A DNA stretch of 64,000 nucleotides from Phoronis australis (Eukaryota; Animalia; Phoronida). Both the position numbers and the translations under genes were made by a program. A model generated the notes under the pieces. It had not been told where the DNA came from, ran no database searches, and saw nothing but the letters and a program-made list of their open reading frames with translations. Of the stretch, positions 48,760 to 62,198 are shown piece after piece. Each line of letters begins with the position of its first letter. The first letter of the stretch is position 1. The stretch lies in NCBI GenBank assembly GCA_002633005.1, contig NMRA01000160.1:728591-792590 (forward strand). The letters are read 5' to 3'.

Positions 48760-49917
48760 GAATTGCATACAGCAGCGTAGTTTAATGCACACAAATCACA
48801 CGTCATGCAAACCAATCGGCCATTCCATTTACCCTTATCAATCCCAATAGCCTTTGCGCACCCTAATTTCCGGACATGCGCAATCGTTAAATCGATTCGG
48901 TTGCAACTCCGCTAATAGCGGGTCTTGCTCGCACCGGACAATGCTGTCAACGCAACTGAGTCCGACTCTGGCGCCGCGATCTCTTTCACGGGTGGGGCAG
49001 TCATGTTTTTAAGTGCGTCAGTACTGTTTTGGGTGAGTCGGTCCGATTTAGAGGACCGGCGGTCATGTTATTTCTCACCCGTGTCTTTGGTCCCGGTAAA
49101 AGCAGCTCCGAAGGACGAGCGGTGAAGTCACGCATATCTTTAGAAATGCGTGACTTTCGTGTAAACGTACTATTCACGGCATGTCCAAACCAATCTGAAC
49201 AATAATATGATCTAAATTCTTGTTTATAATTACATTGCTATATTCTTAACATTAACTGAATTGTACGTCGCTATCCAAAGTTATTTGCATATTTACTGCC
49301 GTGGTGTTGTAACGTCATTGTTGTAACGGAGAATAGAAACGGCGCCATTTTCGTTCATCGTTACACATCTGTGGCGTGGTGTAAGGGAACACAAAGGAAA
49401 CAATGTGTGTCCAAGCGAGTACAGCAGCGTAGATGAGGAATACTTTGAAAGATACAGGGACGGACAGGTGGACTTTTCAGATGATTCCGACCATTCGGAC
49501 GTGAAGGAGGAGGTGACAGATCCCATACGAACAATTTGTGTTCACAGCTTTTCTGTAGTGGAGCCGAATTCTCCTTCGATCCCTTTCACGGCCCTTTCTC
49601 CGGTCGTCGAAGACTCAGCCGCAGCCGGCTGGGTCGTCCAGTGAACATCCACGGGCAGAAGGTGCGCAGGAGTTGCGATTGGATGTTAGTGACTGGTAAG
49701 AATATTATCCATATGTATCCCATAACCGCGTATTATTATATACTTGGTCTTTTTTAACTCAAAAGTAGAGGCTTTATAAGTTAGTCCCAGATGCCCACTT
49801 CCCCACTGGTGAATTGTGTTTCAGCCGTGGATTAATACCCGTTTCAGTGAATAAAAACTGGGATTTTTTGTATTTTGGCAAATCACTCAAAACGTGTTTG
49901 ATCTCTGATTATTTGTA

Positions 49918-49980
49918 GACCGTGTGGCTCAGTGCTTTGTGCTCGTGAGACTCAGGTTCGAATCCTGGCTTTCACTGGCG
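49918..49980 (+). mobile_element. tRNA-derived SINE head (degenerate)
   Basis: A-box-like TGGCTCAGTG and B-box GGTTCGAATCC; no full cloverleaf. Confidence 0.5.
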
Positions 49981-51104
49981 GGACAATTGAGCATTGCACA
50001 AAATTGTCTTCTACTTATCTGAGACTGATCTCGGTGTTACTAGTGAGTGAATAAGTGTATGCAAGGGAATCATTAATAGCCACTTTGGAATAATCGACTG
50101 TGAAGTGCACAGAAGAGGATGAAAGAGTCCCAATTTTTTAATTTAGACTTTCTCACCTCAGTGTTGAGGGTGGGGGGGGGAGATAATTCTATAGCCAATA
50201 AAACAGATCACGGTCATTTTCGTACTCAAGGGCCAAGGCAACTCGGACCCATATCAATCTACACATGTGTTCCAAAACAGTTTTATTTTGTGAGGCGATG
50301 CTTGAAATGGAAACAACCATTTCATGTCGATGTACATTGACCCAATGTTGCCATCATTTATAAATAAAACATGGTACATGGCCTGTGTACTAGTCGACTA
50401 CTTGGGTAGGAACCGCCTGGTAAAGTTTCTGTAGAGTATAGAGGGTATACCATTGGATTGGTGATTGCCCATACAGCATAACGGAGAAGTTTTAAGAAAT
50501 ATATAATGTAATATTTAAAATATGGGCGACCCTTTGAGTGGCAACCTTGGTTTTCAAGTTGGTTTGCCCCATTGGCACTGTCTACTTTGATTAATGGCAT
50601 GTGGGTGCCGATAGGGTTCAGATTGGGAGACCAGATCTCACGATTACTTACATAACAATCCCCTTCATCACTGAATCAGGGCAACTACCTTGTGTCTTAG
50701 GGTCAGCTAAAAAACAAACAACTAATGTCTATTACTATATCCCCCGGGCATGATCTTGGTTGTAGCATTGTTCATTTGTATGAAAAGTAAATATCTTTAC
50801 TATATATGATCAATTTGTATGAAAAAATAAATAGGTTGTGATGTTCCAAATTTTGTTTTTTGGAAACAGATTTTATTTTTTTTTCTGTTGTAAACAGGTC
50901 GCTGCTCAAGTGGGGTTTACTCTGAACAATCACTTGTCTTGAAAACTGAAGTCGTATGCAGCCCCCTCCGTTGGCAGACGCACTCTTGGAAATTTTGCAA
51001 TTCGAAATTTTGTTGTTTACTGAAGTAATGTATTATTGTTGACATATCTTGCAGGTGCATCTGTGGCAACTGTCAGACAACCCCATTTGTTGAAGAAAGA
51101 GTAT

Positions 51105-54100
51105 TAGTCCAGGCCCTTAACCCGAAAACGTTTACACCTCGGATTAAAGCAAGAAATTTGGCACACTGGTACTTTTTGACATGCTGAATCTCATGGGGGT
51201 CGGTTGCCCAAATTTTGAGGTCAAGGTCAAGGTCAAATCTTGAAAAACAAAATGGCCGCCAAGTAACACTTCTTTGGTTGCTTAAGAGGTGATCACACAT
51301 TTTAAGGCTAGGTAATGGTACTTTCTTAACTAGAAATCTATCAAAATGACATTGCAATATATTTTCCTTATAATATGAAAACCCCTCATTTGCATAAATC
51401 CAATATGGCGGCCAAAATTTAACTAACCAACTACAATTTTTACAAAAGCATCTATTTTGATCTGGTGCAAGACTAATAATACAAAAACAAATAGGTTCTC
51501 TTACCAAAAATGAAATAGATTTATCATTAATTTGATTTGTACAATTACTATGAAAATTCGGTTGATGTTATGAGAAAGAGGCCAATATATGCATAGCACT
51601 TGACAGACTACCAAAAACTCGGAGGCCAGCTTTGATAAATGACGTTAATATGCTTGTTCTAGCTCCTGTCTACATAATATAAACCGATTGTCAACTGCTT
51701 ATAATATCAACACAATAAAACGGATTAATGTCAAATTGTCATTGTAGCTCACATAATTCAATTAACCGTGACACTATCATCTGTTCCTTTGCGCCAAAAC
51801 AAACCACGTCACTGACGTGTTCCCTGGCATTTGCTAAGCGTTGTGCATGCTAAGGAATTACATCCACATCACTTGCCGCATAGTTGAAAGCTCTTGCAAC
51901 CACACTTAATGAGCTGCTGACCAGATTTGGAGACTTCAGGCATGTCTGTCCAGCCTGGTGTCCATTGTTGGTCTGTGTCTCTCTGCCATCCAAACCCCTC
52001 TGGACCCATCTGCCAGCTTGATACAAGCATTTGTAAACATTCTTTATCAGTGGAGATTGGGTAGGCGATAAATTTGGCATGATCTGAACTTTTGGGGGAA
52101 AGCTCCTTTTGTAAAGTATTGACCTGGCTGGTTTTGGTTTTGGCTTTTCGATGTTAAACGAAACATGTAAATGTCATTTGTTATGAACTCCTGACTGTCG
52201 ATGGTGAGTTGGTGAAACGAATTAAAATTGCCGGCATGAGAATGCCTGAGTAGCATCAGGGTTAGCTTTCCATGTCTTCCATGCTGTTTTCTTTCCTTCT
52301 CCATAGAACTGGGATGTTGTGTCCGACCCTGTTAAGGCATGAAACTGGTAGAGCTACACACAAATCGTACCCAAGCTGGTCAAACACGCTACTGGCAAAG
52401 AGCTCTCGCACGTTCTTTCAAGCTTTAACCACTACCCGTACTAGAATTGCTGGTTGCAAAGCCTTAAACTAATCAAAACACCAAAGAACGACCACAACAT
52501 CAGTATCCACTGTAGTAACCAGTATTCTCTGATTACCTTTGATGAAACGTCTGCAATGTACAAGCCCATAGGGGTGTCCGACTCCTCATGGTCGCACAGT
52601 GGTATGTCAGAACCAGAGGAAAGAACAGACTGGCAGTAGGTAACATATATGTCTTGCTCTGGAGAACAGGCGATTGTCAAACAATTCCTCTTAATTCTTC
52701 GAGTTTTGCAAGAAATTCCGGAAGTTCAGAGACAGTCGCATTTGGGGTGAAACTTTGGCAAGGTCACCTGAACCTCTATCAGCTTTTGCGGTGGCCTTCA
52801 AGCTGCCAAGGTACACTTTTTGAGAAGCAAAACGTCTGGTGTTGTTTATAGCGCATGATCTGGCCTCCTTAGGTAGTAACTGACACTGAATGACATCTGG
52901 CAACTAAGACTCCAAAATAAAAATATCATGCTTGTATTGCCCCCCCCCCTTCTTCCCGAGTTCTGCACCTTCCAATGAGTGACCACGCCAGGTTTGGTTC
53001 AGTTTCAGTCCTAAAGTCGCAGAATCATTCTTCTGTGGTCAGCTGTAACGAGACCTACAATTTTTTGGGACGGTGCTTACTCTTAAAAAAACTTCCAGCA
53101 TGAGAGCGCTTTGTCAGAAATGCCAAGCACATGCAGCGTTGTAAGACAGAGACGTTTTTGTTTCCCTATATCCACAGAAGTGCTTTGAGCAGCGTGTAGA
53201 ACGGTTCATTTCGCTTCTCTACACGACTATGGTAAACACGGTGTTTTGAAAAAGTCCATTTTTGAGGGCATTTTCAAAAATTAACATATTTGCTTGATGA
53301 ATTCAGTCAGTGCCACGTCGTGCATCAAATGAAGGTGAGAGTTGCCGGTTCCGTACCAGTTATCATCGTCATACCACGTCATTTCCCGCCGAACTACGGC
53401 CAGTCAATGAATGTATATTGTGTTTATTGAAATACCTTTAGGCAATCATTAGTTTTAGAAGAATTATTAAAGTTTGACTTGTGGCAAAATTGCGTAGCGT
53501 TTTAAGACGCATGTTCATATTGATGTCATTCAGCATTTAATTCCAAAATCCAACATCGCCAACACCACGGATATTTGTCAATTTTGATATATGTAACCCT
53601 TCTCTTGTTGCAACAACTAAATACACATGGTTTCTAGAACGTTCTAAAGTTTCAATTTACGTTTATCAATTATAACAGACGAAACGAGATGTAATTACAG
53701 AAATTTATAAGCAGTAATAGAATCATGGCGGCAGGACGGGATTAAACTGGAACCCTCTGGTACAACACTTCGGGGCGGCAGGTGGCACCAGTGGATTATT
53801 AATTAAAATGCGTTTTAATTGCCCGACTTACTTGAATGAATCTATGTAATATTTCTGATGCTAAAATGTTTAGTGCCGATCATCACGAATTGGGTCGCCT
53901 CTCCCTCCCCTTCTCCGAAGAGGGTTCCGCACGAGACAAATCTCCTTCCATCCTAGCTACACGTAGGCCTAAGCCCCTCAGGATGTTCACAGAAGTCCGT
54001 GCCCTGACTGCTGCATAGTTCTGTATGCATTATACATTGCTCCTTGCTAGTTCAAAGGCTTAGTTTTGCCCCTTATATTTACCATCAATCTTAATGAACT

Positions 54101-56635
54101 TGTACGTAAAAGTTCGTCTTCTTCACTGTCTTAATCATATTTTCTGAAACTTAGAATACATGTAAGTAATGCTTGTGTAAAAATCTTGCACCTCCATTTT
54201 GGTTGATATGAATTCTGATGAAACTGATCATCGTTCACATATATCTGTCTGATCATCGTTTACGGATCGTTTTTGGTCCGTGAAAAAAAATCGTATAAAT
54301 TAGCCTACTAGGGCTGATGAAAAAACTTAGATCTTATATTACACCTTTCGTTAATATTAATTCTTATCAACATCTTATAACATGGCATACCATTCTTAGA
54401 AATAATCGAAATTAATCTATTTTAAAGAATCATTTTTAATAAATTTTATCAACCATAACTGATTGTGTACACCTGTCGTGCACGCGCAGACACAGTGCCT
54501 GTGTACACCTGTCGTGCACGCGCAGATATACATGTATACAAAGGGACATTTCCCCCGAACTGCTCCACCGAGAGAGGGTACCATCTGAAATGGGACACTA
54601 AGGCTAAACATCGATAAGCTTGGAAAAACGTGACAGTTCATTTCACCCTCGTGTGGTCCCAAATCGATGCAGGGAGTGACCTCCTCCACCATGAAAGCAC
54701 GATTTTACAAAAAAAACAACAGGAAAATGGAGGTAATCGATTCCAACATTGGCCCTTTCACCGTGGGCGGCCCCGTTAGAATTTCTTAATAAAAACACAA
54801 AAAGATGGCCACTTGCATGTCGTCAATGGCCTCCTTCAAAGGCGAGGCCCCTGGCTAAACATGAAAATATCTATATTTTCAAATATCAGGAAATGCGCAG
54901 CAATTGATGTTATCTGTCAGGTCATCAATTTTTCTCAAGTGATATACAGTTTCGAGAAAAAAAAATAAAGCGAAAGATGTCTCCGTTATCCCTTACCAGA
55001 GAGGGGCCTCTAGAAAAATATAGTTTTGCATTCGCAAAATTTGACAGATTGAATCTAAACATCCATTAAATTAGTACGCTCTGCAAAAGCTTCGCTTTAC
55101 AAATTCTCTCTTGCGTTTAGACGATCTGTGCTGCAAAAGCTAAGACCCTAACGACAGTGTCCTGGCCAGTGTTCTCAAAAGGTAAACCGTGCACTGATGC
55201 AGATTTGTTAAAAATTCTCTTGAATTTTCTCTTTTATCCGTTTTTCGCAGTCTTTATTCTCTCGACTGTTCCTGGCACCACGCCTATGTGGGTTGCCACG
55301 GTTTAACCCAGACGCCTGAAAATTTTTGAGGGGGCCCGTGCCCCTCGCTTCCCCCCCCCTTGCCCCGCTTCCTATGGCCCTGGAACTGTATGCAAATTTA
55401 CTGACACATTTCAAATTCCGTGGTTGTTGATACGTTTTATGCATATTGTATGAAAAGTTTCACATCTAGAGTGCGAAATTATGTTTCCACGACATCATTT
55501 TACTTTTGATTTTACAACGCCGTCAGCAATTCAACATAAAGTTTACGTTGGTGCAATTTCACGCATTTCGTATTTGTAGGTTGATTCGATTTTACCACCT
55601 TTCAAGGTGAACAAAAGTTGATAAACCGATGTCAAGACCGGAGAGGCCACTGGTGAACGAACAGCAAATGGTTAAATGTTTGTTTGGCCAAAGCTCACCC
55701 GCTAAGTCGTAAAATGGTAATTGCCGACCCAGGACACGCATAATCGGTCGTCTATTCTAGGCGACCACTTTGCCGACCCAAGTGCCGACCGCAGAGGCGA
55801 ATCAGCAGACGGCTTCTAGCAGACCATTGTTGGTCGGCTGCTGGTCAGCTAGACGGCCGGTCGTCGACCAATTTCCGACCGGTCGGACAAAAATTCGTGA
55901 TGTGTGCTGTAAAACCTGATTTTTTATTTCATTCTACAGGAAACCATGAATGACCTAAATTACTTTAATTGGTTTAGTTTATGTGACAATCAAGTTCAAA
56001 CTAAAATATAAACACATTAATTAACAAAGTTACCTTCAGCTATGATCAAATTAAAAATGATGATAAAAGTTTCAGCAATTGTTCTTTGAAAATTTAGCAA
56101 GATGTCCGATATCCTTTTAATTTCGGAGACAATTTGTTACATAATTAACCATAAATATTGTAACAAAAACATTTAAAAATGAATTTCTGTTAAAGGTAAA
56201 ACATTTTAGAGTTGATTTAATGCATATTCATACTAGTTTAACAGTTTTTCTCAGCCAGAGAAAACAATTAGACTTATTTTTCATTGAAAATGTATATGCT
56301 ATATTAATTAGGATAATTACCATCGTAAGTGTCAGGAAAATTACTTTTTTACTTTTAACTTATTTGTACAACTTATTAACATTAATTTTAAATCAAAATA
56401 AAGCCTCTTGCTTATCACCTGAAACAGTAATGAAACAGATATTTCGTCTGAAGCCATTTCAAAAAAATTACCCACATGACCTTTGACCTTGATTTGACCT
56501 TGACCTTGACCTCAAATTTCGGGCAACCGACCCCCATGAGATTCAGCGTGTCCCAAAGTATCTGTGTACCAAATTTGGTGCTTTAATCCTGGGTGTAAAT
56601 GTTTTGGGGTTTTTGGCTGCTAAGGGACCGGACTA
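51105..56635 (-). mobile_element. Academ-type DNA transposon, internally deleted, with nested insertions
   Basis: Long imperfect TIRs (about 140 bp) beginning TAGTCC, 3-bp TSD TAT and an internal transposase remnant. Confidence 0.88.
51815..52910 (-). pseudogene. Academ transposase C-terminal remnant (XPG/PIN-like nuclease motifs and Cys cluster)
   Basis: NFRNFLQNSKN, CDHEESDT (52573-52596), VDTDVVV, FHALTGSDTTSQFYGEGKKTAWKTW (52270-52343), LSPT...YQAGRW, PEGFGW, LIKCGCKS..CGK*CGC; multiple frameshifts. Confidence 0.88.
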
Positions 56636-59471
56636 TATGTTGTCAAGAGGTCGACAAGGTTGTTGCAAAACTTGAACAGCCCATGTTGTCATTCCAGCAT
56701 GCACAGTATCCAGCATCAGAGCTTTCTACCCGCCGCCAGGAAAACTAAATCAAGTTAATAATGTATTCATACGTACATCTTTCTCAGTCTATAAGAATAT
56801 GTGAGAATTGAGGGATGGAATGGAATGTATATACAAAGAAATCACTACCAAATCATGAAACACAAGCAAAGAAAAAAGTGACACTAAATCCCAAACACTC
56901 CATGGCGCAAACAAGTTTCAATAAAAGTAACCTTAAGTACGACCTGGTTATACGAGATGGAAATTAGAAAACTTAGACATTTGATTACAAAGTTATCCAC
57001 TTTCCTTTAATTTAAAGCTGCCTCATCCATATCTACACCACAAACCATAATCTTCTTCAGCCGCATATGCTCGCTTAGCTTCATAGGAAAATAATCCATG
57101 TTTTGTGACTACAAACGCGCGTTTCTGAGATCAGTTAACTGAATTCATAGGTTTATGTGCTACAGTTTCTCAGTGCGTACGTTGTGTTGTCTGGGTAGCC
57201 GTCCTTATCCAACGATTGTTTAAGCCAAACGCTGCAGAACCGAAATTTAATAATAGACGGGTTAAAGTTATCAGTAAAAGACGAGTTAATTGGATATTTA
57301 TTGTGCTGTTTATACAACATTGATTTGTAGAACTCGCGTGGACTTACTGACATATATACAGAGCTTAGAAACTAGTCTTCAAACTGAAAACTTAATCCAT
57401 CACTCTCCAGGATTCAAGTACAAGAGTGCAAATTTACTCCAAGCATGCGCTGCAATGGGGCATTTCTCTAGTTGTTTTGAATAGAGTTTTAACCCTGGAT
57501 TCACTACTAAGGCATTCAAAACAAATTCAATCTACACAATTTGAGTACAAAATGTGCACATGATAATCTACCATCCAATCAAAATATAGAGCAAACCATG
57601 CATATAACAAAACTTCATGTGTTTATAAATGTTGGACTTCAGGCTAACCAGATAGCATATTTCATAAAACAGCTTATTATTTAAAATGACCTATTCTTAT
57701 TAAAACGACATAGGCAAAAATTGAATTTCGGACCTCAAAAGCGACGCCCCCTATATTATATAGGCCTCGCCGAAAGGCGGTCGATAAGCGGGACTCCGTA
57801 TATTAATACGGGGTCCCTATGTCAGTATAGAAGACCCCTTCTCAAAGTGACTGACGAGGGAGAATTCACAAGCAAAAATTCACGTCATTTCCTCTTCCCT
57901 TTGTGGCACCCCAGCGCTATTGAAAAATGATGAAAATGCGTCAGAGCCGTCACTTTGAAAACAACTTCTGGTTAAGCACTCGACAATAGTATTCTACAAA
58001 AATATCACAAGAAAAATTTCGAAGCAATTGGGCACCACAAACAGCATGCTTCTCGCGATGTCTATTTGTATCATAAAATGACCACCAGTTGACGCAAAAT
58101 ACGTCAAATCCATCCGAAAACTGAAACATGTCATCGTTTCTTTAATAGAAAGTGTTTACCAATTTTCATAAAAATCTGTCAAAAAACTTCAGCGAAACAA
58201 AGGAAGACCGGAAAAAATGAAATGGCCTCTAAGGGACAATGCGCCTGGAAGTTATCAACGTCTGTTCTCAACTTGATATGAACATGCTTTCTAAATTTAA
58301 TAAATTTCCTGCAGTGAGTTTAGGACATACAACTACAGGCGCAAAAAGTTGCCACCAGGAGGCGCCACAGTAGTCAAAGTCGTCATCGTCAACCGTACTC
58401 TTCATACTGAGAACTTTCACAATCATCCATAGAATGGTTTGATTGATAGAGGAGGGGATGCCAAAAACCCATTCGAAAAATCATAAATGGCCACTAGGTG
58501 GCGCAAAATGCCTCAAATACTTCCAAAAACAGGGTGATAGCGTCATGTCACCAATAAACTGCCACTAGGAGGAGCCACAGTAGCCGGAGTAATCAGAAAA
58601 TCATCGTTTCACAAAAATCCGTTGACGACCTTTAATGATACAGAAGTAAATGTGAAACAATAAATTGCCACTAGGGGGCACAACGGTAGTTAATTCCGTC
58701 CAAAATTCGTTGTCTTCTGTCATCATCTTCATTTGAACCCATCTGCCAAATTGCATGAAGATACCTTGAGGGGATCGGGAGATACAGCTGCGGACGCCGG
58801 ACGCCAAGACAAAGATGAAGGCAATATGCACCCACATATGGCGGATGGGCATGAGCTGTCTTACAACATCTCTGTGGCGCTTTTTATTGCCCATCTTACC
58901 AGAGATTACCTATTATACGTTATTTACCTGTATTCATTTTATTGTAATTGTACTAGTCATAATGAATGACCTTATATTGCCTACACCAGTCTCCTTTTCA
59001 TCTCTGGTAACGAGCTTGCGATGCACGTATCATTTATCTATTATCCGGGACATATGTCGATCATAAATAAGTATTTGGGCGCATAACAATACGGCTTCTA
59101 TGAGCATTTGAATCTGTCTTCGAAAACAAAATAGCCAACACGTCCGCCATCTTGAATCTGGTCATTATGAACGACCATAGGCTTCTAGCGTTTTGGGGAC
59201 TAGAAGTTGTGGGTGAATTTTGTGCCAATTGAACTAATAGTGAGACCTGTATATAGAGTGCGAACAAAAAACTTGATGTCAGAGCAACATACGTGGTGAA
59301 ATTTCTATTGACGGCAGAGCAACATATAGTAACTCGCCAAGTAATTAATTAAATTAACCTAAGCAAACAATAGGAAGTGTTGACAATGGCTGCTTTTAAA
59401 TTAATGACAGCTATATAGTTGTGACTTTATGTCCACCAATTACGAGTTGCTTTCTTGGTCTCATTTATAGA

Positions 59472-61039
59472 TACCGTATTAGCCCTAAATAAGCGCCCAG
59501 GGCGCTTAGAAAAATTCGTTTCGGGAGGGGGGATGCGCTTATTGTAGTCTAAGGCTGTTGAAACCCAGTCTCCGAAACAGGTGAAATCGGAAGCTACGAT
59601 TCATCAAATTTATGCCCTGCAACGTATCTGTAGCCTATGACAGATTGACTTTCCACAAATTCATGGTACATTGCTATCAAACTTCGTCGTTTAATTGCGA
59701 TCCTTCTTCAGAAATTTGTGGGGAAATCCCAGGGCGAAAACTCGCCGACTGATGCGTCCCTGCCTCGCTATCGTAGATAGGGCAACTTGAATTCATGACT
59801 AAAAATACAGTTTTGTTAGAATTTAGACTGACACTGTTCTTGGTTTATTTCGTTTTTTGTTCTGCTTGTGTTATTGATTGGCATGACCCCTGAGTTCAGT
59901 GCAGTGATGGTGTAACTTGTTTACTACAGTATAGTGTGGAACTTTCTAGAAGACTCTAGCATGACAGTGATTAATGCAGTCTGGAATATTCTAAATACTA
60001 GTATATGGTTGTAGAATGATTGGGTATATTCCGGAAAGTTCTGGCATGTGCTTGAAAAGTTCTGCAACATTGCATTATACATAAGCAGAGGTTTGTACTA
60101 GTCAAAAAAGCAGTTCAGCAGTCGGAGAAAATGCAGTTAAAGACTTGCAGTGAAGAGAATCAGTAGTTACAGCGAGCGTAAATAGAGAGCCAGCTGTACA
60201 GACACCAGGTTATTTGAATCAGCGAGAGTAACAGTTGCTGAACGTGTCTCAGAAGTTCATCACAAGTCAAGGCTTCACAGCACTAGCTGAAGCATAGAAC
60301 AGACATTACGTCGGACGTTTTGTTTGAGTTGGCTTGTGAACGTATGGCCGAGATTAATAAAGCCATTAACTCGAACCAGTCTTCAGTCTATCGTCCCACC
60401 GAAAGCTATTAGCACCGATCTGTAACAACCTGCGCCCACCCGAACACGGGAAAAACGTGACAAGTTTCGACTCAATTATTTACATGAAATCCTCAAGTTT
60501 TTCAAACAGTGTCACTAAGATTTTTAAGTTCCTGTGGAGTCGGGATTAACCGCAGATTAAGTCCAAATCTGCGCTAGGTCGCACCCACGAATCTGGATGA
60601 ACTCACATGCTGTCACGTGACGTTTGTTTTGAAGTTCGTTTGCGTGTGTGTGCCGAGTGAGCGAGATTCACTTCCGTTGACAAGTACACTGTGTCTGTTC
60701 TGAAAGGCCAGACCATAGTGGGACATGTGCCTCGCGAGACCTGCAAAACTTTTAATTTCTTTTTGAAGCGCTGTGGAAGTTCGAAGTTTATATTCACGGC
60801 TAACTACCGATATAGCGGGGAGGCTCGCGGTCTAGAAATTTGGCGCACAACGATTTTTTCAGGCAGGATTGTCAGATATTATTGATAAATTGAAGACGTT
60901 ACTGTAGAGTTTTAGAACTCTAGGTAAGGCATTTTCAAATGCATACACGTTCATTGGATGGGCGCTTAGTTAAAGGAAGTTTGCAAATGCGTGGGAGACG
61001 CTTAATGGGACATGGGCGCTTATTAGGGCAAATACGGTA
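59472..61039 (+). mobile_element. Tc1/mariner-like TIR element (TACCGTATT...AATACGGTA) carrying a HIRAN-domain remnant (about 60672-60845)
   Basis: TIRs with terminal TA and aataagcgccc subterminal motifs; SVDKYTVSVLKGQTIVGHVPRETCKTFNFFLKRCGS...YRYSGEARGLEI. Confidence 0.85.
59814..60462 (+). mobile_element. Solo LTR (TG...CA, 5-bp TSD AGTTT) nested in the HIRAN element
   Basis: Exact TSD and internal AATAAA (60356). The empty site aatacagcttagactcaa is visible in the sister element at about 47618-47635. Confidence 0.92.
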
Positions 61040-61050
61040 GTCGTAAATTT

Positions 61051-62198
61051 TGTGGAGAATACGGTTCCACTAATGTGGGGATAGGTCGTGGTAGACTGGT
61101 AGTATAGTTGTGTTACCCGGTTCTTGGTTGAACAGTATATAGTTGGCTAACAAGGTAGCAACAGCAAGTCGATGGAGAGCAGCATAAAAACTAACGCAGT
61201 CGTTGAGTTTCTACTGACACACAAAGTTGATTAATTCTAACTACAATATAATAGAAATATGTGTGGGTTGTGAGTGCAAAGCAACAACAATATTGAAAGT
61301 TCCGGTGATTTCCTCAACTCATAAACATGAATGGAGCCTGGACAGCTGTTTGGCATATAGCTTTTCACTATGAGTGGGCACTGGTCAGTGACATAGCAAT
61401 GAACAACACAAGATGTTACGAGTTCTGGTGGGTGTTGTTTCTTGGGTAGGGGTACTTCGGTGGAGTGTATCTCGGCTGAAGGGGCCGTCTATTGCCACTC
61501 GGAGTTGAACCATAAGTTGGCTTTGGGCGATCCCAGTATGAAAAGCAAAAGTCGCATAAAAATCTGTGCTTACGTCAGTAGTTGTAGAATCTCCAGTTTG
61601 GTTGGCCTTGATCTCCTTGTCAAGAGCATTCATTAGTTGTTCGACCACTCCGACATGGTCACAATTTAATTGAATTAGCACATCTTTGGGTATCTTTTGG
61701 CGTATGATGGTCACAAGCACATGATCTTGGGCGGCAACTTGTCCAAGGGTCTCTAAACCACGTAGGCACGTATTAACACTGTCGTGGAATCGACGTAAGC
61801 TGGCAGCATCGGATGAGGAGGCAGGGATGTTCAGCAATTCTGTAGTGTCCTCGTCTTGTTCCTTAAGTTTCTGAGAGGCTTTTACAATCTGTGATTTGCC
61901 CTTTGATGGCTCTCCTTCTGAAAAAGTTCATTCTGGCATCTTGGCAGTTAACATCCATCCGGGCCACGACACCAGGAATGTGGAGAATTCGGTTCCACTA
62001 ATGTGGGGATAGGTCGTAGTAGTATAGTTGGGTTACCCGGTTCTTCGTTGAAAGGTGGAAAGTTGGCTAACAAGGTAGCAACAGCAAGTCGATGGAAAGC
62101 AGCATAAAAACTAACGCAGTCGTTGAGTTTCTACTGACACACAAAGTTTATTAACTCTAGCTACAATATATGTAGTGAATAGAAATATGTGTGGGTTG
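61051..62198 (-). mobile_element. Internally deleted BEL/Pao LTR retroelement: LTRs 61051-about 61289 and 61979-62198, tRNA-His-type PBS, gag fragment
   Basis: Direct repeats of about 220 bp. Minus-strand PBS TGGTGTCGTGGCCCGGAT (61957-61974). Gag-like LLNIPASSSDAASLRRFHDSVNTCLRGLETLG...LVTIIRQKIPKDV. Confidence 0.88.

Larger units (their letters stand above)
49403..56748 (+). pseudogene. Spliced P2RX7 C-terminal (ballast, Zn-coordinating Cys)-like gene, degenerate and interrupted by Academ: exon about 49403-49695, exon 51055-51104 plus 56639-about 56748
   Basis: Acidic N-terminus, then ...QELRLDVSD-W|CICGNCQTTPFVEERV-[Academ]-CCQEVDKVVAKLE. The splice tg|gtaaga...ttgcag|g rebuilds the Trp codon. 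Confidence 0.75.

Noticed and set aside
49918-49980. tRNA gene
   Set aside because: A and B boxes are present but there is no complete cloverleaf or acceptor stem, so it is treated as a SINE head. The same applies to the minus-strand A/B-like boxes near 62460-62525.
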